Positions 38,683 through 51,860 are shown, numbered from the stretch's first letter. The stretch is DNA of 64,000 bases from Eledone cirrhosa (GCA_964016885.1 OZ024744.1:6138001-6202000), one strand, 5' to 3'. Program-made: numbers and translations. The notes: a model not told the origin generated them from the letters alone.

Positions 38683-41262
38683 ATTCGTGGAGAAATAAAT
38701 ATAGGGGTACACACCGTTAAAACATGTTTATTTAAAATAGCACCTACGTACGTTTCACCCGAATGAGCTTCTCAAGGGCATAAATAACTAAAAAGTGTTC
38801 CTTACATGACTCGGAATGGGTTTTTAGAGATAAGTTCACGTCAGAGTTCATTCTTCTGAAAAAAACATGTATTGATTTTGCAGTCGGTCAAGGGAGATAA
38901 CTCTGTCCGGTGTTAAGGCAGTCTTTTCCGGACAAATTTGTTATCCGTTACCAGTATGTGGCTACTACCTTACCATTGTCGATACGCACTGGGTCAGGTA
39001 TGCAACGTTTGTTTCGAGACGTTTGTTTGCAGCGCCTGCCCACCTGGGTCGATTCATGCCGGGTCTGGGATGCATGGTTAGTTTCCCGATGTTTTTTGCA
39101 GCGCCTGCCCGCCGGGGTGTTAAAGCTTGGTGCAGGGAGACCCGGTTTGCGGTTTCACTCCTCGTTCTTATTCCATCTGGAGTAGGATATTTTTAAGCGG
39201 TGTGTACAGCTTATCGTCGTTTCAGCTCTGCTGTTGATTAGCTCGTGGGGTGCCGTTATGATGTGGTAGAGCTCCACGAGGCAAAGCTCGCATTTCCTTT
39301 TGAAGTTGTACGGTGCAGCCCTGCCGCCAATTTCCCAGTGCGTGGAGAAGCTGATGTTTGAGTCTTTTAATGCCGTGATGTAGTTCGCGAGCGATGTGGA
39401 GTGTCTTAGTTTCTTGTTTGCGAAATAGTGGAGATGTGTTCGAAATCTAATTTTGAACGGGCCAGAGGTAGCCTCTATATAATGTTTTACGCTATTATGG
39501 CTAGTTACTATATAGGTATATATAACCCTATCAGTCAAGCAGTTCCCCCTAAGGGGGCAGCGTCCCCTGTCGCGGCAGTTGCAATTTCGGTCGTGGTCCA
39601 TTCTAGTTCCCACGGTAGGGCTATTATTATTGCTATCTACGTTGTTACCTACGCTCCCACACCTGTCATTAGCACCATTATAACCCACTGCGTGCGGGGT
39701 GGTACCATTATTATTCTGCACGCAGCAGCGCCTTCCGTTGCCGCCCGGTGACCCGTGCGGGTCACTTGCATATTCCCCAGTCATGTCGCGGTTATGTTGA
39801 TTGCGTCTGTAGAGGCTGTTGCCAGCACTATTGGATGCTGCTAGGGAGTTGTTAAGGTCGATATTGTTGTTGTCAGGTGTAGGTGCGTCTGTGCTAAGGT
39901 GCTGTGTCTTGGTGATCTTACTGTGATTAGTTGTTCCTATGATGTCTACTAGGTTAGGAGTAGTAGAGAAGGATATTTTTATATTGTTCCTATTAAGGAT
40001 TTTCCTATACCTATGTTTGGGTGGGAAGTTCTTCTCTAAGGCTTCGAAGAATATCCGGCGTATGTCGGATGCCACACTCCGAGAGCAGAGGGGATATAAC
40101 CATAGGACGTAACGGTGGCGGTTTCGTGTCTTTGTACGTTTGCCACGGGTCGTGCTATCATGGTGACCGTTCTTATGTATGTTAATGCGCTGTAGCTGGT
40201 TAGGTGTCCCTTTCGCTTTATGCTCGGGTGAACTCTTCTTCCTTCTGCTATGTTTATGTACAGGAAGATGTTGGTTGGAAGGCGTTGGTAGTAGGCCGTC
40301 GCATTTGTTGATTTTATAGTAGGGGAATAATTCAAGTAGGCTACAGTGGTCACTGTCACCGGGGTCGTGATCTTTATTGTGTGGTAAGCTACCAATATTA
40401 TCGCCAATGTAATTAGCATTGTGGCTGTGTTTCTTAGTGCGATTTACTATACTATTGCATCCGACTCCTTCGAAGCCGCCGCGTGATCGGTTATAGGTAT
40501 GGCTTACTATAACGTTAGTCTTATGAGAGGGTGGTTTCTGGAGCTAGCATTAGGGATGTAGGAGATTCCTCGGTTAAAACCGGCGCTTATCAAGGCCCTA
40601 TTGTAGAAATCGGCCGCTTGGTTGAAGATATCCTCATTGGCGGAGAGCCTGGAGATCCTATGTGAGATGCTATAGACTATGGAGTTGAGAGTCTGCTTAG
40701 GGTGGTTGGAGGCATAATTCATATAAGAAAGGCTCTCTCCAGGCTTATGGTATGGCTTGTATAGGCCCGTACTCAACTCGAGGGTCACGTCCAGGAAGTT
40801 GACAACCTGGTTGTTGAGGTCTATAGTTACGGATAGGCCGTATGACTTGAAGAACCTGTGTATGTGCTTGTTAAGGTTCTCTATTCTACGAGGCTATGGT
40901 AAACAGGGCGTCGTCCCTATATACACCTCCTTGTAGGGCCACTATCTCGCCCCTAAGCTTATGGAGGAGGTATATTCCGACCAGGTCTGTTGCTTGCGCC
41001 GAGTCGCTGGACCCCATCGTGATATCGAAGTTATCAGGACGGTTGGTTCTGGTCCAGTGAGATCCTTCGAACTGGATAATGGTTCTACGCGCCGCTAGAA
41101 CTATGTCTATTACTTTTTTAGTGAGGCTAGTGTTAGATTTAGCTAATATGAGGGCCTTATTTATGAGTATGGGGGAGATAGCGGCGTATATCTGTGTCAA
41201 ACTGGATGAACTTCAAGGTCGCTTCATCAGGCAACTCGGTAAACCAATCTATAACACCGAGG
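38683..41262 (-). mobile_element. Penelope-like element (RT + GIY-YIG), 5'-truncated and decayed
   Basis: Minus translations [81 protein letters not shown] (Cys pattern as I recall for Naiad-type PLEs); 3' variant hammerhead CTTGAGAA-GCTC..GGGT-GAAAC-GTAC-GTA near 38743-38778, then AATAAA and (TA)n. Confidence 0.88.
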
Positions 41263-41265
41263 CTA

Positions 41266-44200
41266 ACAACGATAACAACAACAACAACAGCAACACCACA
41301 CAAAAAAAGAAAATGTCTTTCGCTGAAACAGTTAACAAAAAACAAGATTTTATAAATCTTGATATCTCCAATGCAAGAGATATGCTCCAGCAAGGGAGAA
41401 CATTTGTAACTTTCGAGGAAAAAGGTGGGTTTAAAATTAACTCACCCCTTGAAATAAAGGAAGACACAATTCGCAGATCAGTCACCTTTAGGACTGTGTC
41501 CAATTCCACGAGAAAGCCGACATTTGTTAGCCAACCAGATATAGAAGCTACTTTCAAGGAAATTCTAGCCAATATCGATTTTCTCCAGCGAGAAAAACAG
41601 TAAAACAGTACGGAAGTATTTCCGTACTGTTTAAAAGCGAGGCACTCGCCCCAAAACATTCTGTGACACAAATGGTGTCAAAAGCAAACACTTTTTTCCC
41701 TACATACATGGGAAAAAGGACACAAAAAATAAAAATAAAAAACATACCCCCAAACATTAACATCTGGTGGATCTTGGCTGGCTTCGTAGAGCCAGAAAAT
41801 GATATGATTCTTTCGATACGAAAATCTATTCGACAAAGGTACAGATTTGGAGATTTTGTTGCAAATGAAACCGGAGATAATCTCCCAAATACCCGAAAGA
41901 GTCGTCATCGATAATAACAACAAAATAAACATTTCGGTAGAAGGACGAAAATGTCAACCGTGATAGAATACATAGACAGGGTCCCGGATAATGGAAGCTG
42001 AACGTGTCGTTGCCGGCACGTAAAGCTTACAGTGAACGGATAAGTAAACTAGTCAAGCAACAGTTAATGGGAGCCATCGTCAACAATAGATGGTGGTACT
42101 CTCTTAAGAAAGCAATTGGAATAGAATCGATAGGGTATAGCAGAGAGTTAACCTTAGAGAAAAACAAAATAGAAAGAGAACTAGTAGCCAAGGTAGAGGA
42201 GGCACTTAGAAGTGGCAACGCGGCTAGAGTGTTAGCGTCGAGAACGGCACTGGACCAGTTCTTCGATGCGAAACACGAAGGCTGTTTGGTCAGAAGCAAA
42301 ACACGTGCTCTAGGAAACGAAGGAGCGAAAGCTGTCAGCTGGGCCCGAGTGGCGGAGGCAAAAAGTGGCAACACGTCCACGATTCGGTCTTTGAAAGACC
42401 AAAACGGACGCGTGCTACTTGACCCCAAGCAAATGTGCGCGGCCTTTCAGCGGCACTTTGCGCGAGTGTTTGAGCAGAACGACGGTGAGCCGAACGGGGT
42501 AATGGACTTTATTTCATACCTCGACGGCCTGCCGCATCTCTCGAACACGGACGCCGAGTTCTGCGAAAGACCGATCACGGACACTGAGATATGGGACGCT
42601 CTGGGCCGCTGCGGGAAACGCAAGTCACCCGGTCTAGATGGTCTACCCTACGAGTTTTACATAGGCATGCCGGTCTTGTTCTCTGGCGTCCTCGAAGCCG
42701 TCTACTGCAATTGGCAGCAGAACGGGAGAATTCCCAGTTCTGCAGGCAAGGGCGTAGTAACGCTGATCAGGAAAGACGAGAACAAAGGGGACGAAATTAA
42801 CAATTTCAGGCCCATAACACTGCTCAACACAGAGTTAAAGATTTTGGTCAAGGTGTTAGCGACGAGGTTGGCGCTTGTCGTCCAGAACCTGGTAGGGAAA
42901 GCGCAAATGTGTGCAATCTCGACCAGGTCCATACACGAGAACCTCCACCTCATGCGATAAATCATAGTAAACCCGGCTTCGGTGGGGTTCTGATGAACTT
43001 GGATCAGTCTAAGGCATTCGATAGGGTCGACCATCGATACTTGGAAGCGGTTCTCAACGCTGCCGGTTTCGGTCCCGTTTTCAGAGGATGGATCGAAGCG
43101 ATGCACACCAGCATCTGCTCGAGGGTCAAGGTGAACGGCTACCTATCGGAACCGTTCGCAATCACGCGTTCCATTTGACAGGGGTGCCCTCTCTCCTTCA
43201 TTCTGTATGTATTGACTCTAGAGCCACTACTGCGGAAATTGGAGCTGTTGCAGGGCATCCCTCTAGAACCGGAACTGCGCAAAGTGGCGTCGAGCACCTC
43301 GGAAATAGGGGTGATCGGCAACTTACTGAAAGAATACGAAACGCTGAAGGGAGCAAAACTAAACCCGGACAAGTCTGTCAGTTTGCAACTCGGTACGTGG
43401 AAAGGCAAACCGATGACGTCCGACAGTGTCGTTGGACGCTGGACGGACGGACCGGTGAAATTGCTCGGGGTCTGGTTGGGTCCAGACCGCCAGGTGGAGA
43501 AAAACTGGAACGAGGTCACGGCCAAGGTGTTTGCAATCACCCAGAAGTGGGCAGAGTGCAAACTGTCCTTGAAAGGTCGAGCGGAGGTGGCGAACAATTT
43601 CATAGCGTCCGTCATCTACTACCGCTTGACTGTCGTGCCTTGTCCCCGTGAACACCTCGTCAAGATGGAACGCATGCTATTCCAGTTTCTGTGGAAGAAG
43701 CAGGCTCCGCTGGTGAGGAGATACGTCTGCTATCAGTACCCTTCCAACGGAGGGCTGGGAATGCCGTGGCTGATGATGCGCAAACATGCGGTGAGGCTGC
43801 GGCATCTCCAGGTATTCCTCACCGACCCCCAACCGGTGTGGGCGCCGTTTGTGAGATAGGCTTTCCCACAGCTCATCTCGCTGACGGAGCTGCAGTCCTG
43901 GTTCAAGAAAAGTCCGAAAACGATGGGCGCCTGGCACATTGAATGCGCTCAGGCGCTCACAGTCCTCTGGCAAGCGGGCGCAGCAATCAGTGGAGACTCC
44001 ACATCGCCATTCTATAGATGGATTGTACGATACAAGGGCGACGACGTGCTCGGAGAGACTCTGGGCGTCGAAGACGATGAGCTCACCAGTCTGTTTGGTA
44101 GGACTTTCCGCTCGGAACCTATAGACAACTTCCAGAGGTCCCTGGACTGGCAGTGCTACCGAGGAGCTCTACCGGTTCATGACAAGATCTACAGGCACGG

Positions 44201-44888
44201 ACGCCCCGGCAGGGATCCTTCCAAGAGGACGTGTCCAAGATGCGCGCAGGACATTGAAACAGTCCTGCACGCAATTGTACACTGCCCGGGCGTAACCGAC
44301 CTGTGGAACTATGCAGAACAACTGCTGTCGCGTATGGGACAAATCCAGTTGACTGCCGAGTCCATAGTAAAGATAAAACCGCCAGCCTCTTTCAAAAACG
44401 AAAGAGAGGCGGTTTTCTTCTGTACAGTGGCTATGGTGAAAGAAGTTATATGGTGGACGAGGTTGAGAGGACTGAGGACAGATGCCTTTCTCTCCGGACA
44501 ACAATTGATTCCCTTCTTTAAGTATCACTTTAGAAGGAGAATCAGGGTGGAGAGAGAGGCACTGCAGCCCAGTAACTTTACTGAAAGGTGGGTGAATGAA
44601 GCGAAAATGGCCCGAGTGATTGGACCTTCTCTGTTTATAAGCCTGTAGGTTGAAGAAGAGAGCAAAAGGTAGAAAGGAGCACTTGCACAACACGCTCCTG
44701 GAGTTGAGGGTTGTTCTATCGATGGGGTATTAAACAACCCATTTGTGGCGCCTCCCCCCTATTGGGGATTTCGATTGTTGTAATTGTTTGTTTTTATATT
44801 TTTTACACGACTGTATATAAAATCCCCGGCATGTCTTTGTATTGTCCCCTTTTCTTGTGCGCCCTTGTGGCTAATAAAGAAATATATC
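41266..44888 (+). mobile_element. Tx1 subfamily 1b copy, 5'-truncated, internally deleted and decayed
   Basis: ORF1 remnant (SFAETV, PTYMGKRTQKIKI, VEGR) joined at ~41950 to post-APE ORF2; RT and CPRCAQDIETVLHAIVHC pieces with stops; ends AATAAAGAAATATATCTATC. Confidence 0.92.
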
Positions 44889-45081
44889 TATCTATATATA
44901 TATATATATATACAGAGTGAGAGGGAGAGAAATTACAAAGATATAAAAAAAACCATCGGAGATAATGAAATAAATAACTATGTTCAAGTATACACGATCA
45001 CACACGTGTATAAAATACCTACAGACACACTTTCTCACACGTAGAAATTGTACATACACACGCACGTACACACATACAAAT

Positions 45082-45199
<118 letters not shown>

Positions 45200-45269
45200 T
45201 TACAAATAAGTACATATATATATATATATACACATCACAAAAATACACACAAAAAATGCAAGAAAAAAT

Positions 45270-46930
45270 GGTGTTGGTGCTCTGGGATGAGTAATGGGGC
45301 TACTAATGCGGAGAAATGTCCACCTCAATTTGAAGTTCCGGTTCTTATACTTAAGCCTCCATACTCAGCTAGATCAGTGTTGGCCCTCTTGCTTCTGTGT
45401 CTAAAGGAGCACATCAGGTTGTGGAAGCGGAATTTGAACAGGCTACTTGAGGAACCCACATACACGAATTCCCCTCTTTCAGTAGAGAAGGTACAGCTGA
45501 AGACCACTCCGAGACTCTGCAACGGCTGTTGAGGGGACAGTGAGAGTGGGATCTGCAGTTGCCAATCGTCATAGGTCTACCAGGGGCACTCTAGGGTTCA
45601 GTGTTCGATGCGAGAGAAAAGGATATTTCATTGGGTGTTCTAATCATTTACAACGCATGGAACGGTGGCCATACCTCTTCCGGGGAGCTCTGACCCGTCG
45701 ACAACCCTCCCAGTAGGGTCAATATGAAGGTACTCCCGCAGCTTTTTATAATTAAGGGAGGAAATGATCTCCGCAAGGTTGGGCATGATGGAGAAGGAGA
45801 ATTTCACCGTGTGCCGGTTGAATAGTCTATGGTACCTATGCGAGGGGGGAAAGCACTTGTTCAGGGCCTCGGAAGAAGAGGCTCGATACGTTTGTTCTAA
45901 GGATCCTGGAGTAGAGGGCATTATACCAAATCACATTTCTGTTGCGCGACCCGCAACAGTTCCGTTATTCCAGGACCCAGGCGAGTCTCCATGGAGTTGG
46001 TACGGAGGGGTGCAGGTGGTGCAACGTTTCACGCCGGTGCGGTGTGGAGCCGGCCAGAGGGTTCGGGTCCACAGTGAGTGGTCTCTCACACTCATGCCCA
46101 TCGCGGGAAATGTGGCCATGCGAAAGTGGCACAGGGTGATGGGAGAAGTCTGATGGTGCGGGTATAATATCACAAGGGGGATGATTAGAGCCGCCGTACA
46201 TTATGTTAGGGCCGGGCCATAGTGAGGGGCCCCCCACATATCCCCCATCAAAAAGCCCACTCTCGGAAAGCCCGTTAGATTCTCCAATTGTATCACCCCC
46301 GGTAGCGTCTGGGCTGCGGCGGGCCTGAGTGAGATGAAGCACGCCGGTGATATGTTGCTCCCATTATAGCCCCGGGGTGAGCGGTGCTGCCAGGGTGGAG
46401 AGATCGGGAGGCGACTCATCGGTGAGAAAGCGGGGAGGCGGTCAAAGAACCACGATCCACGAACACTGTAGTGATAGAATGGCTACCAGAGGCCACCGCT
46501 GAAGGAAAGCCAAGCCCAGGGTTGCACTCACGCTCACTGTCCTTATCGAGAAACGAGATTCAGTGAGAGTACCCCGCTCTGGCTAGGGATCATTGTATCG
46601 TGCAGCATACTGTCCGAAGATATGGGTGTTGGCAGAGAGCGCGGAAATTCTACCAGAATCACCTTTGACTATGGACCTAAGGATCGATTTCGGATGGTTT
46701 GATTGGTGGTAAACATAACGGGCGAACTCATTGGGTTTGTTATAGGGCCTGTGCAGTCCCGTGTCAAGTTCGAGGGTCGTTTCAAGAAAGTCTGCAGTTC
46801 TCGAACCAGGGTCTATGATAAGTCCCAATCTGTAGTTCAAGAAAAACCACCTAAAGTGTTTCCTAAGCCGTTGCAGACACCGTGAAAAGAGCGTCATCTC
46901 TATAGAGTGCGTCCCCATACCCCCGGGAAT
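45270..46930 (-). mobile_element. Second Penelope-like fragment (RT thumb, linker, GIY-YIG)
   Basis: ADFLETTLEL, HRPYNKP, SNHPKSIL; CFPPSHRYHRLFNRHTVKFSFSIMPNL; NCR..CPLNSRC..VVFSC..YVGSS..FKFRF. Confidence 0.8.
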
Positions 46931-47091
46931 ACCAGCCGTATGTTATGAAATATAACTTTCTGCGTGTATATATGTGTGTGGGGTGTGTGTGTGTGTATGT
47001 GTGTGTGTTTATCCTGGGTTCAATCGGGGGTAACCACAGTAAGTAAGGTACTTAATACATAGCAGAGTATAAATATTTAATATAGAAATGG

Positions 47092-47130
47092 CTTCTACAG
47101 GACTAGAACTGTTTCATTCGAGGGAAATCA
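47092..47130 (-). ncRNA. Type I hammerhead ribozyme motif
   Basis: Minus: CTTTC-CTGATGA-TTTCCCTCGAAT-GAAAC-AG-TTCTAGTC-CT-GTA-GAAG; its 5' part is folded back at 47125-47156. The 5' end of the motif extends to about 47140. Confidence 0.65.
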
Positions 47131-47152
47131 TCAGGAAAGGCCCTTCCTGATG

Positions 47153-47198
<46 letters not shown>

Positions 47199-47201
<3 letters not shown>

Positions 47202-50200
47202 TCTTTTATTTGCCACTAGGGCATCAAAAGTGGGACAAGTACAAAGGGGGGAGTTTACACAAAAAGGCGTCCTCAATAAGGAGGAGGCAATAACAAAATA
47301 TAAAAATAAAATAAGATATAACAAAAAATAAAATGTTTAACAAAATCCTCAATAGAGAGGAGGCGCCTTGGGGGGTCGCACACCCCCCCGAAAAAAGTGT
47401 GCAACCCTTCTCCTCAGGAGCACAGAGAAGGGGTGCTCCCTTGGTCTTTCATCTTCCTCACCTATAGTCTGATGTAGAGTGAAGGCCCATTCACACGGGC
47501 CATTCTCGCCACTTTCACCCATCTTTCATAGAAACGGCTGGGGTGCAGCACCTCTCTCTCCATCCTGATCCTTCTTCCGAAATGATATCGGAAGAAACGG
47601 ACCAGTTGTTGGCCAGAGAGAAAGGTGCCTGACCTCAGTCCTTTCAGACGCGTCCACCATACAACCTCTTTCGCCATGGCTATTACGCACAGAAACACCG
47701 CCTCTGCTTCATCTTTGAAGGGGGGAGGCGGCTTGATCATTACAATAGACTCGGTGGTCAACCGGATCGGTCCCACCCTTGACAGCAGTTGTTCGACATA
47801 GCCCCACAGATCGGCTACGCCCGAGCAGTGTACCAATGCGTGTGCAACGGTTTCCTCGTCGCACACGCATCTGGGACAGATCTTTTTGGCGGGGTCCCTA
47901 CCCGGGCGCCCGTGTCTGTAGAGCCTTTCTCGAACGGGTAAAGCCCCTCGGTAGCACTGCCAGGCCAGGGACTTCTGGAAATTGTCCATAGGTCCTGGGC
48001 TGAATGTCCTACCGAACAGGCTGGCCAGTTCGTCCTCCTCCATGTCTAGGGCTTCTCCGAGGGCGTCGTCGCACCTGCTGCGTACCAGCCCTCTATAGAA
48101 TGTTGCGGTGGAGTCTCCACTGATAACCGGATCCGCCTGCCAGAGGGCGGTGAGCGCCTGGGCACACTCAGTGTGCCAGGCGCCCAGTTTTCTCGGTCTT
48201 TGCTTGACCCAGGATTGCAGCTCGGTGAGTGAGACGAGTCTGGGAAAGGTTCGTCTCACAAACGAGGCCCACACCGGTTGTCCGGTGAGGAATACGTAGA
48301 GGTGCCGTAGCCTTAATGCGTGTTTACGCATCATTAGCCACGGCATCCCCAGCCCTCCTTTCGAAGGGTGTTGACAGCAGATGGATCTCCTCAACATAGG
48401 AGCCCGCCTCTTCCAAAGGAATTGGAAGAGCGCGCGCTCCATCTTGGTGAGGGTTTCCCTTGGGCAGGGCACTACGGTCAGGCGGTAGTAGATGACGGAC
48501 GCTATGTAGGTGTTCGCCACTTCCGCCCGACCTTTCAGGGATAGTTTGCAACTGGCCCACTTCTGGGTCAGTGCAAACACCCTGTTCGTAACCTCCGCCC
48601 AGTTTTTCTCCACCTGGAGGTCCGGTCCGAACCAGACCCCGAGCAACTTCACCGGGCCCTCCGTCCAGCGTCCGACGACGCTATCGGAGGGCATCGGTCT
48701 GCCCCTCCACGTGCCGAGTTGCAAACCGATCGACTTGTCCCGGTTCAGCTTAGCCCCTGTGAACCTTTCGTACTCCTCCAGTAAGGTGCCGACCGCCTCG
48801 ATTTCGGAGGCCGTCGACACCATTACTGTCACGTCATCGGCGTAGGCCGACACCGCTTTCCGCAATCCCGGTTCCAAGGGGATGCCCTGCAACAACTCCA
48901 ACTTCCGCAGTAGTGGCTCGAGAGTCAACACATACAGAAGGGAGGAGAGAGGGCACCCTTGTCGGATGGACCGCGCGATTTTGAACGGCTCCGAGAGGTA
49001 GCCGTTCACCTTGACCCTAGAGCAGATGCGGCTGCTGTGCATAGCAGTGATCCAGCCCCTGAAAACGGGTCCGAAGCCTGCCGCCGCTAGCACCGCATCC
49101 AGGTAACCAGGGTCGACCCTATCGAACGCCTTAGATTGATCCAAGTTGATCAGAGCCCCACCAAAGCCGGGTTCGTTCCCAACCCTCTCTATGATGTATC
49201 GCATGAGGTGGAGGTTGTCATGGATGGACCTGGACGGGATAGCGCATGTCTGCGCATCTCCCACCAGGTTGCCCACGACAAGCGCCAACCTCTTTGCTAG
49301 CACCTTGGCCAAAATCTGTAACTCTGTATTTAGCAGTGTTATGGGCCTGAAGTTACTTATTTCGTCCCCCTTGTTCTCGTCCTTCCTCACTAGCGTGACT
49401 ACGCCCTTGGTCACAGTACAGGGAATTCTCCCGTTCTGTTGCCAGTTGCAGTAGACCGCCTCGAGGAGATCGGGGAACAAGTCCGGCATAGCTAGATATA
49501 ATTCGTAAGGAAGACCATCGAGACCCGGGGATTTGCGTTTGCCGCATTGGCTCAGCACGTCATCTATCTCAGCGGCCGAAATCGGCTCCTCGCAGGACTT
49601 CGCCTCCCTGTCCGAGAGGCGCGGCAGGCCGTCGAGGTATGGACCGAAGTCCACGTTCCCAACCGGCTCCCCGCCCCTCCCGAACAGTCGGGCAAAGTGC
49701 CTTTGAAAGGCCTCACACATCTGCTTAGGCTCAAGAATCGCCCGTCTATCCAGGTCTCGCAAAGACCGGATGGAGGATTTAGTTCCACTGTTGGCCTCTG
49801 TCACGCGGGCCCAGCTAACAGCTTTGGTCCCCTCGTTCCCTAGAGCACGTATTTTACTTCGGACAACGCAGCCTTCGTGCTTCGCGTCGAAAAACTGGCT
49901 CAAAGCCGTTCTCGACGCTAGCACTCTGGCCACGTCGCCGCTTCTAATTGCCTCTTCTACTCTATCTATTAGCTCCCTTTCCTTCCTATTCCTATCCGCA
50001 GCTAGAGCCTTACTAAATTCTATCGAGACTACTCTAATCTCTCTCTTTAGAGATACCCACCACCTGCTGTTGACGATCGCTCCAGTCAACCGTTCCTTAA
50101 CTAACGTACTAATCCGATTCCTGTAGGCTCTACTTGCCGGCAAGGACAAGTTGAGCTTCCAGTAACCGGGGCCCTGTCTATGGGTTCTGTCAAGGTTGAC

Positions 50201-51260
50201 CATGCAGGTCACTAATTTGTGGTCTGAATAGCCAACCATGCGCATTTTTGGACAACTTAAAAAGTCCTTATCCTTAATTCTAACTAAGAACCTATCTAGG
50301 TACGACCTAGATGATCCGCTACGATTTGCCCAAGTCCAGGTTGGCGCAGTCGGAAAATCTAGTCGATATCTATCGGCCAGGTCAAATCGACCGATTAACC
50401 CTTTGAGGCTATTACACCCGTCTCTATCGGGGCAGGCCCCTACGTAGTCCCAGCGTGCATCTAGGATACCATTCCAGTCCCCCACTAATAGCAAGGAGCG
50501 GGACGTCCCTAGAAAAGTCTCCAGACGATGGAAGAAGTCCGGCCGCATTGACCCGAAAGGGCCGTAGGCGGCTACCAACCTAAACGCTCCGCCTTTACCA
50601 CTGCCAAGGTCCAGAACCACTAGTCGACCCTCCGGGTCCAAATGTACCATCTGTGTTGCGAGACCCAGATGTTTTTGCAGCAGAACGACAACTCCACCCC
50701 CACCTCCGGGCTGACAGAGAGATGCGTGCATCTCAAAGTCATCAAAGGTGGGGGCCAGCTGTCGCACGTTGCTGATCCGGGCCTCGCAAATAACCATCAC
50801 ATCTATACGTTGTGACCTGAGGTCATTTAGAAGCATTGCTTGCTTCCAAGTTGAGCCCAGGCCACGCGCATTTAAACAGCCTACTCTTAGCATAGCCATG
50901 TTGGTGGTGAAGAGAAAAGGCACTTACCTCTCTGCGTCCCGGGTATCGGGCTGCACAATTTCCATTAGGGTGGGGGATGGGTTGTTGGGTGGGGTGGTGG
51001 TTTGTGGAAGTGTGGGGGCATCAGTGTGTTGTGTGGTTGGGGAGTTTGGAGTTGTGTGGGTGTTTGGGGAGGGGGTGGGATAGTTTTTTAGGAGGACGCG
51101 GTTAATGGGCCCGACGCAGGGGGGACCCACGTCCTCTTTAAAATTGTTTTTTAAAGTTTTATAGGTGTCCTGTGGGGCCTTAATAATTTTGAGGTGGGGG
51201 AAATCCCCTGCCTGGGTGAAGTTAGGCCCTTGTGTTTTTATTAGATTGTTGTTGTACACA
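47199..51260 (-). mobile_element. Tx1 family 1 copy C, 5'-truncated in ORF1, inside a (TA)n tract
   Basis: Reverse complement of ~19392-23450; (TA)n on both flanks; no 28-mer after the 3' end. Confidence 0.96.
47462..50899 (-). CDS. Tx1 ORF2, open reading frame (APE + RT + CCHC)
   Basis: 1153-aa ORF in track (GTG 50923, first ATG 50899); same motifs as copy B; lacks 5' UTR so may be untranscribed. Confidence 0.9.
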   Translation of the reverse strand: MAMLRVGCLNARGLGSTWKQAMLLNDLRSQRIDVMVICEARISNVRQLAPTFDDFEMHASLCQPGGGGGVVVLLQKHLGLATQMVHLDPEGRLVVLDLGSGKGGAFRLVAAYGPFGSMRPDFFHRLETFLGTSRSLLLVGDWNGILDARWDYVGACPDRDGCNSLKGLIGRFDLADRYRLDFPTAPTWTWANRSGSSRSYLDRFLVRIKDKDFLSCPKMRMVGYSDHKLVTCMVNLDRTHRQGPGYWKLNLSLPASRAYRNRISTLVKERLTGAIVNSRWWVSLKREIRVVSIEFSKALAADRNRKERELIDRVEEAIRSGDVARVLASRTALSQFFDAKHEGCVVRSKIRALGNEGTKAVSWARVTEANSGTKSSIRSLRDLDRRAILEPKQMCEAFQRHFARLFGRGGEPVGNVDFGPYLDGLPRLSDREAKSCEEPISAAEIDDVLSQCGKRKSPGLDGLPYELYLAMPDLFPDLLEAVYCNWQQNGRIPCTVTKGVVTLVRKDENKGDEISNFRPITLLNTELQILAKVLAKRLALVVGNLVGDAQTCAIPSRSIHDNLHLMRYIIERVGNEPGFGGALINLDQSKAFDRVDPGYLDAVLAAAGFGPVFRGWITAMHSSRICSRVKVNGYLSEPFKIARSIRQGCPLSSLLYVLTLEPLLRKLELLQGIPLEPGLRKAVSAYADDVTVMVSTASEIEAVGTLLEEYERFTGAKLNRDKSIGLQLGTWRGRPMPSDSVVGRWTEGPVKLLGVWFGPDLQVEKNWAEVTNRVFALTQKWASCKLSLKGRAEVANTYIASVIYYRLTVVPCPRETLTKMERALFQFLWKRRAPMLRRSICCQHPSKGGLGMPWLMMRKHALRLRHLYVFLTGQPVWASFVRRTFPRLVSLTELQSWVKQRPRKLGAWHTECAQALTALWQADPVISGDSTATFYRGLVRSRCDDALGEALDMEEDELASLFGRTFSPGPMDNFQKSLAWQCYRGALPVRERLYRHGRPGRDPAKKICPRCVCDEETVAHALVHCSGVADLWGYVEQLLSRVGPIRLTTESIVMIKPPPPFKDEAEAVFLCVIAMAKEVVWWTRLKGLRSGTFLSGQQLVRFFRYHFGRRIRMEREVLHPSRFYERWVKVARMARVNGPSLYIRL

Positions 51261-51267
51261 AATATAC

Positions 51268-51347
<80 letters not shown>

Positions 51348-51349
51348 GT

Positions 51350-51768
51350 ATATTTATTAAAATAACAGATTAAAGTTTAAGCAAAGAATCGCTGCTTTCA
51401 CCCTTAACGGGATCTTCTGAAACTAACAAAGTCAATCTGTAAACGCAGAACTGGATATTTCAAAAAACGTAGCAACCGGAGGAAGACTGGAAGACGATGC
51501 TTTGGTTCATGGTGACGTTCGCTTGGAAAGAACGGGAAAAAACAAATAACACGTCATTAATAGGAGCGGTGAAAAACAATTACGTGCAAGGACAGAACCA
51601 CGTTTATCCAAATTTGTCCTGCTTGTTGTCTCTCCGGTTGCTACGTTTTTTGAAATATCCAGTTCTGCTTTTACAGATTGACTTTGTTAGTTTCAGAAGA
51701 TCCCGTTAAGGGTGAAAGCAGCGATTCTTTGCTTTGCTTAAACTTTAATCTGTTATTTTAATAAATAT
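51350..51768. repeat. Fold-back with ~130-bp arms between (TA)n tracts, probable Penelope pseudo-LTR
   Basis: ATTTATTAAAATAACAGATTAAAG...GCAACCGGAG vs CTCCGGTTGC...CTTTAATCTGTTATTTTAATAAAT; degenerate hammerhead-like CAGAAGA-TCCC..GGGT-GAAA. Confidence 0.85.
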
Positions 51769-51860
51769 TTGCTCTTCGGTTCTTATATATTTGATATATA
51801 TTTTCCTTATCGAGCCCTCTCTGGATTTTAGTCTTCAATTTTATTATTATTACTATATAC

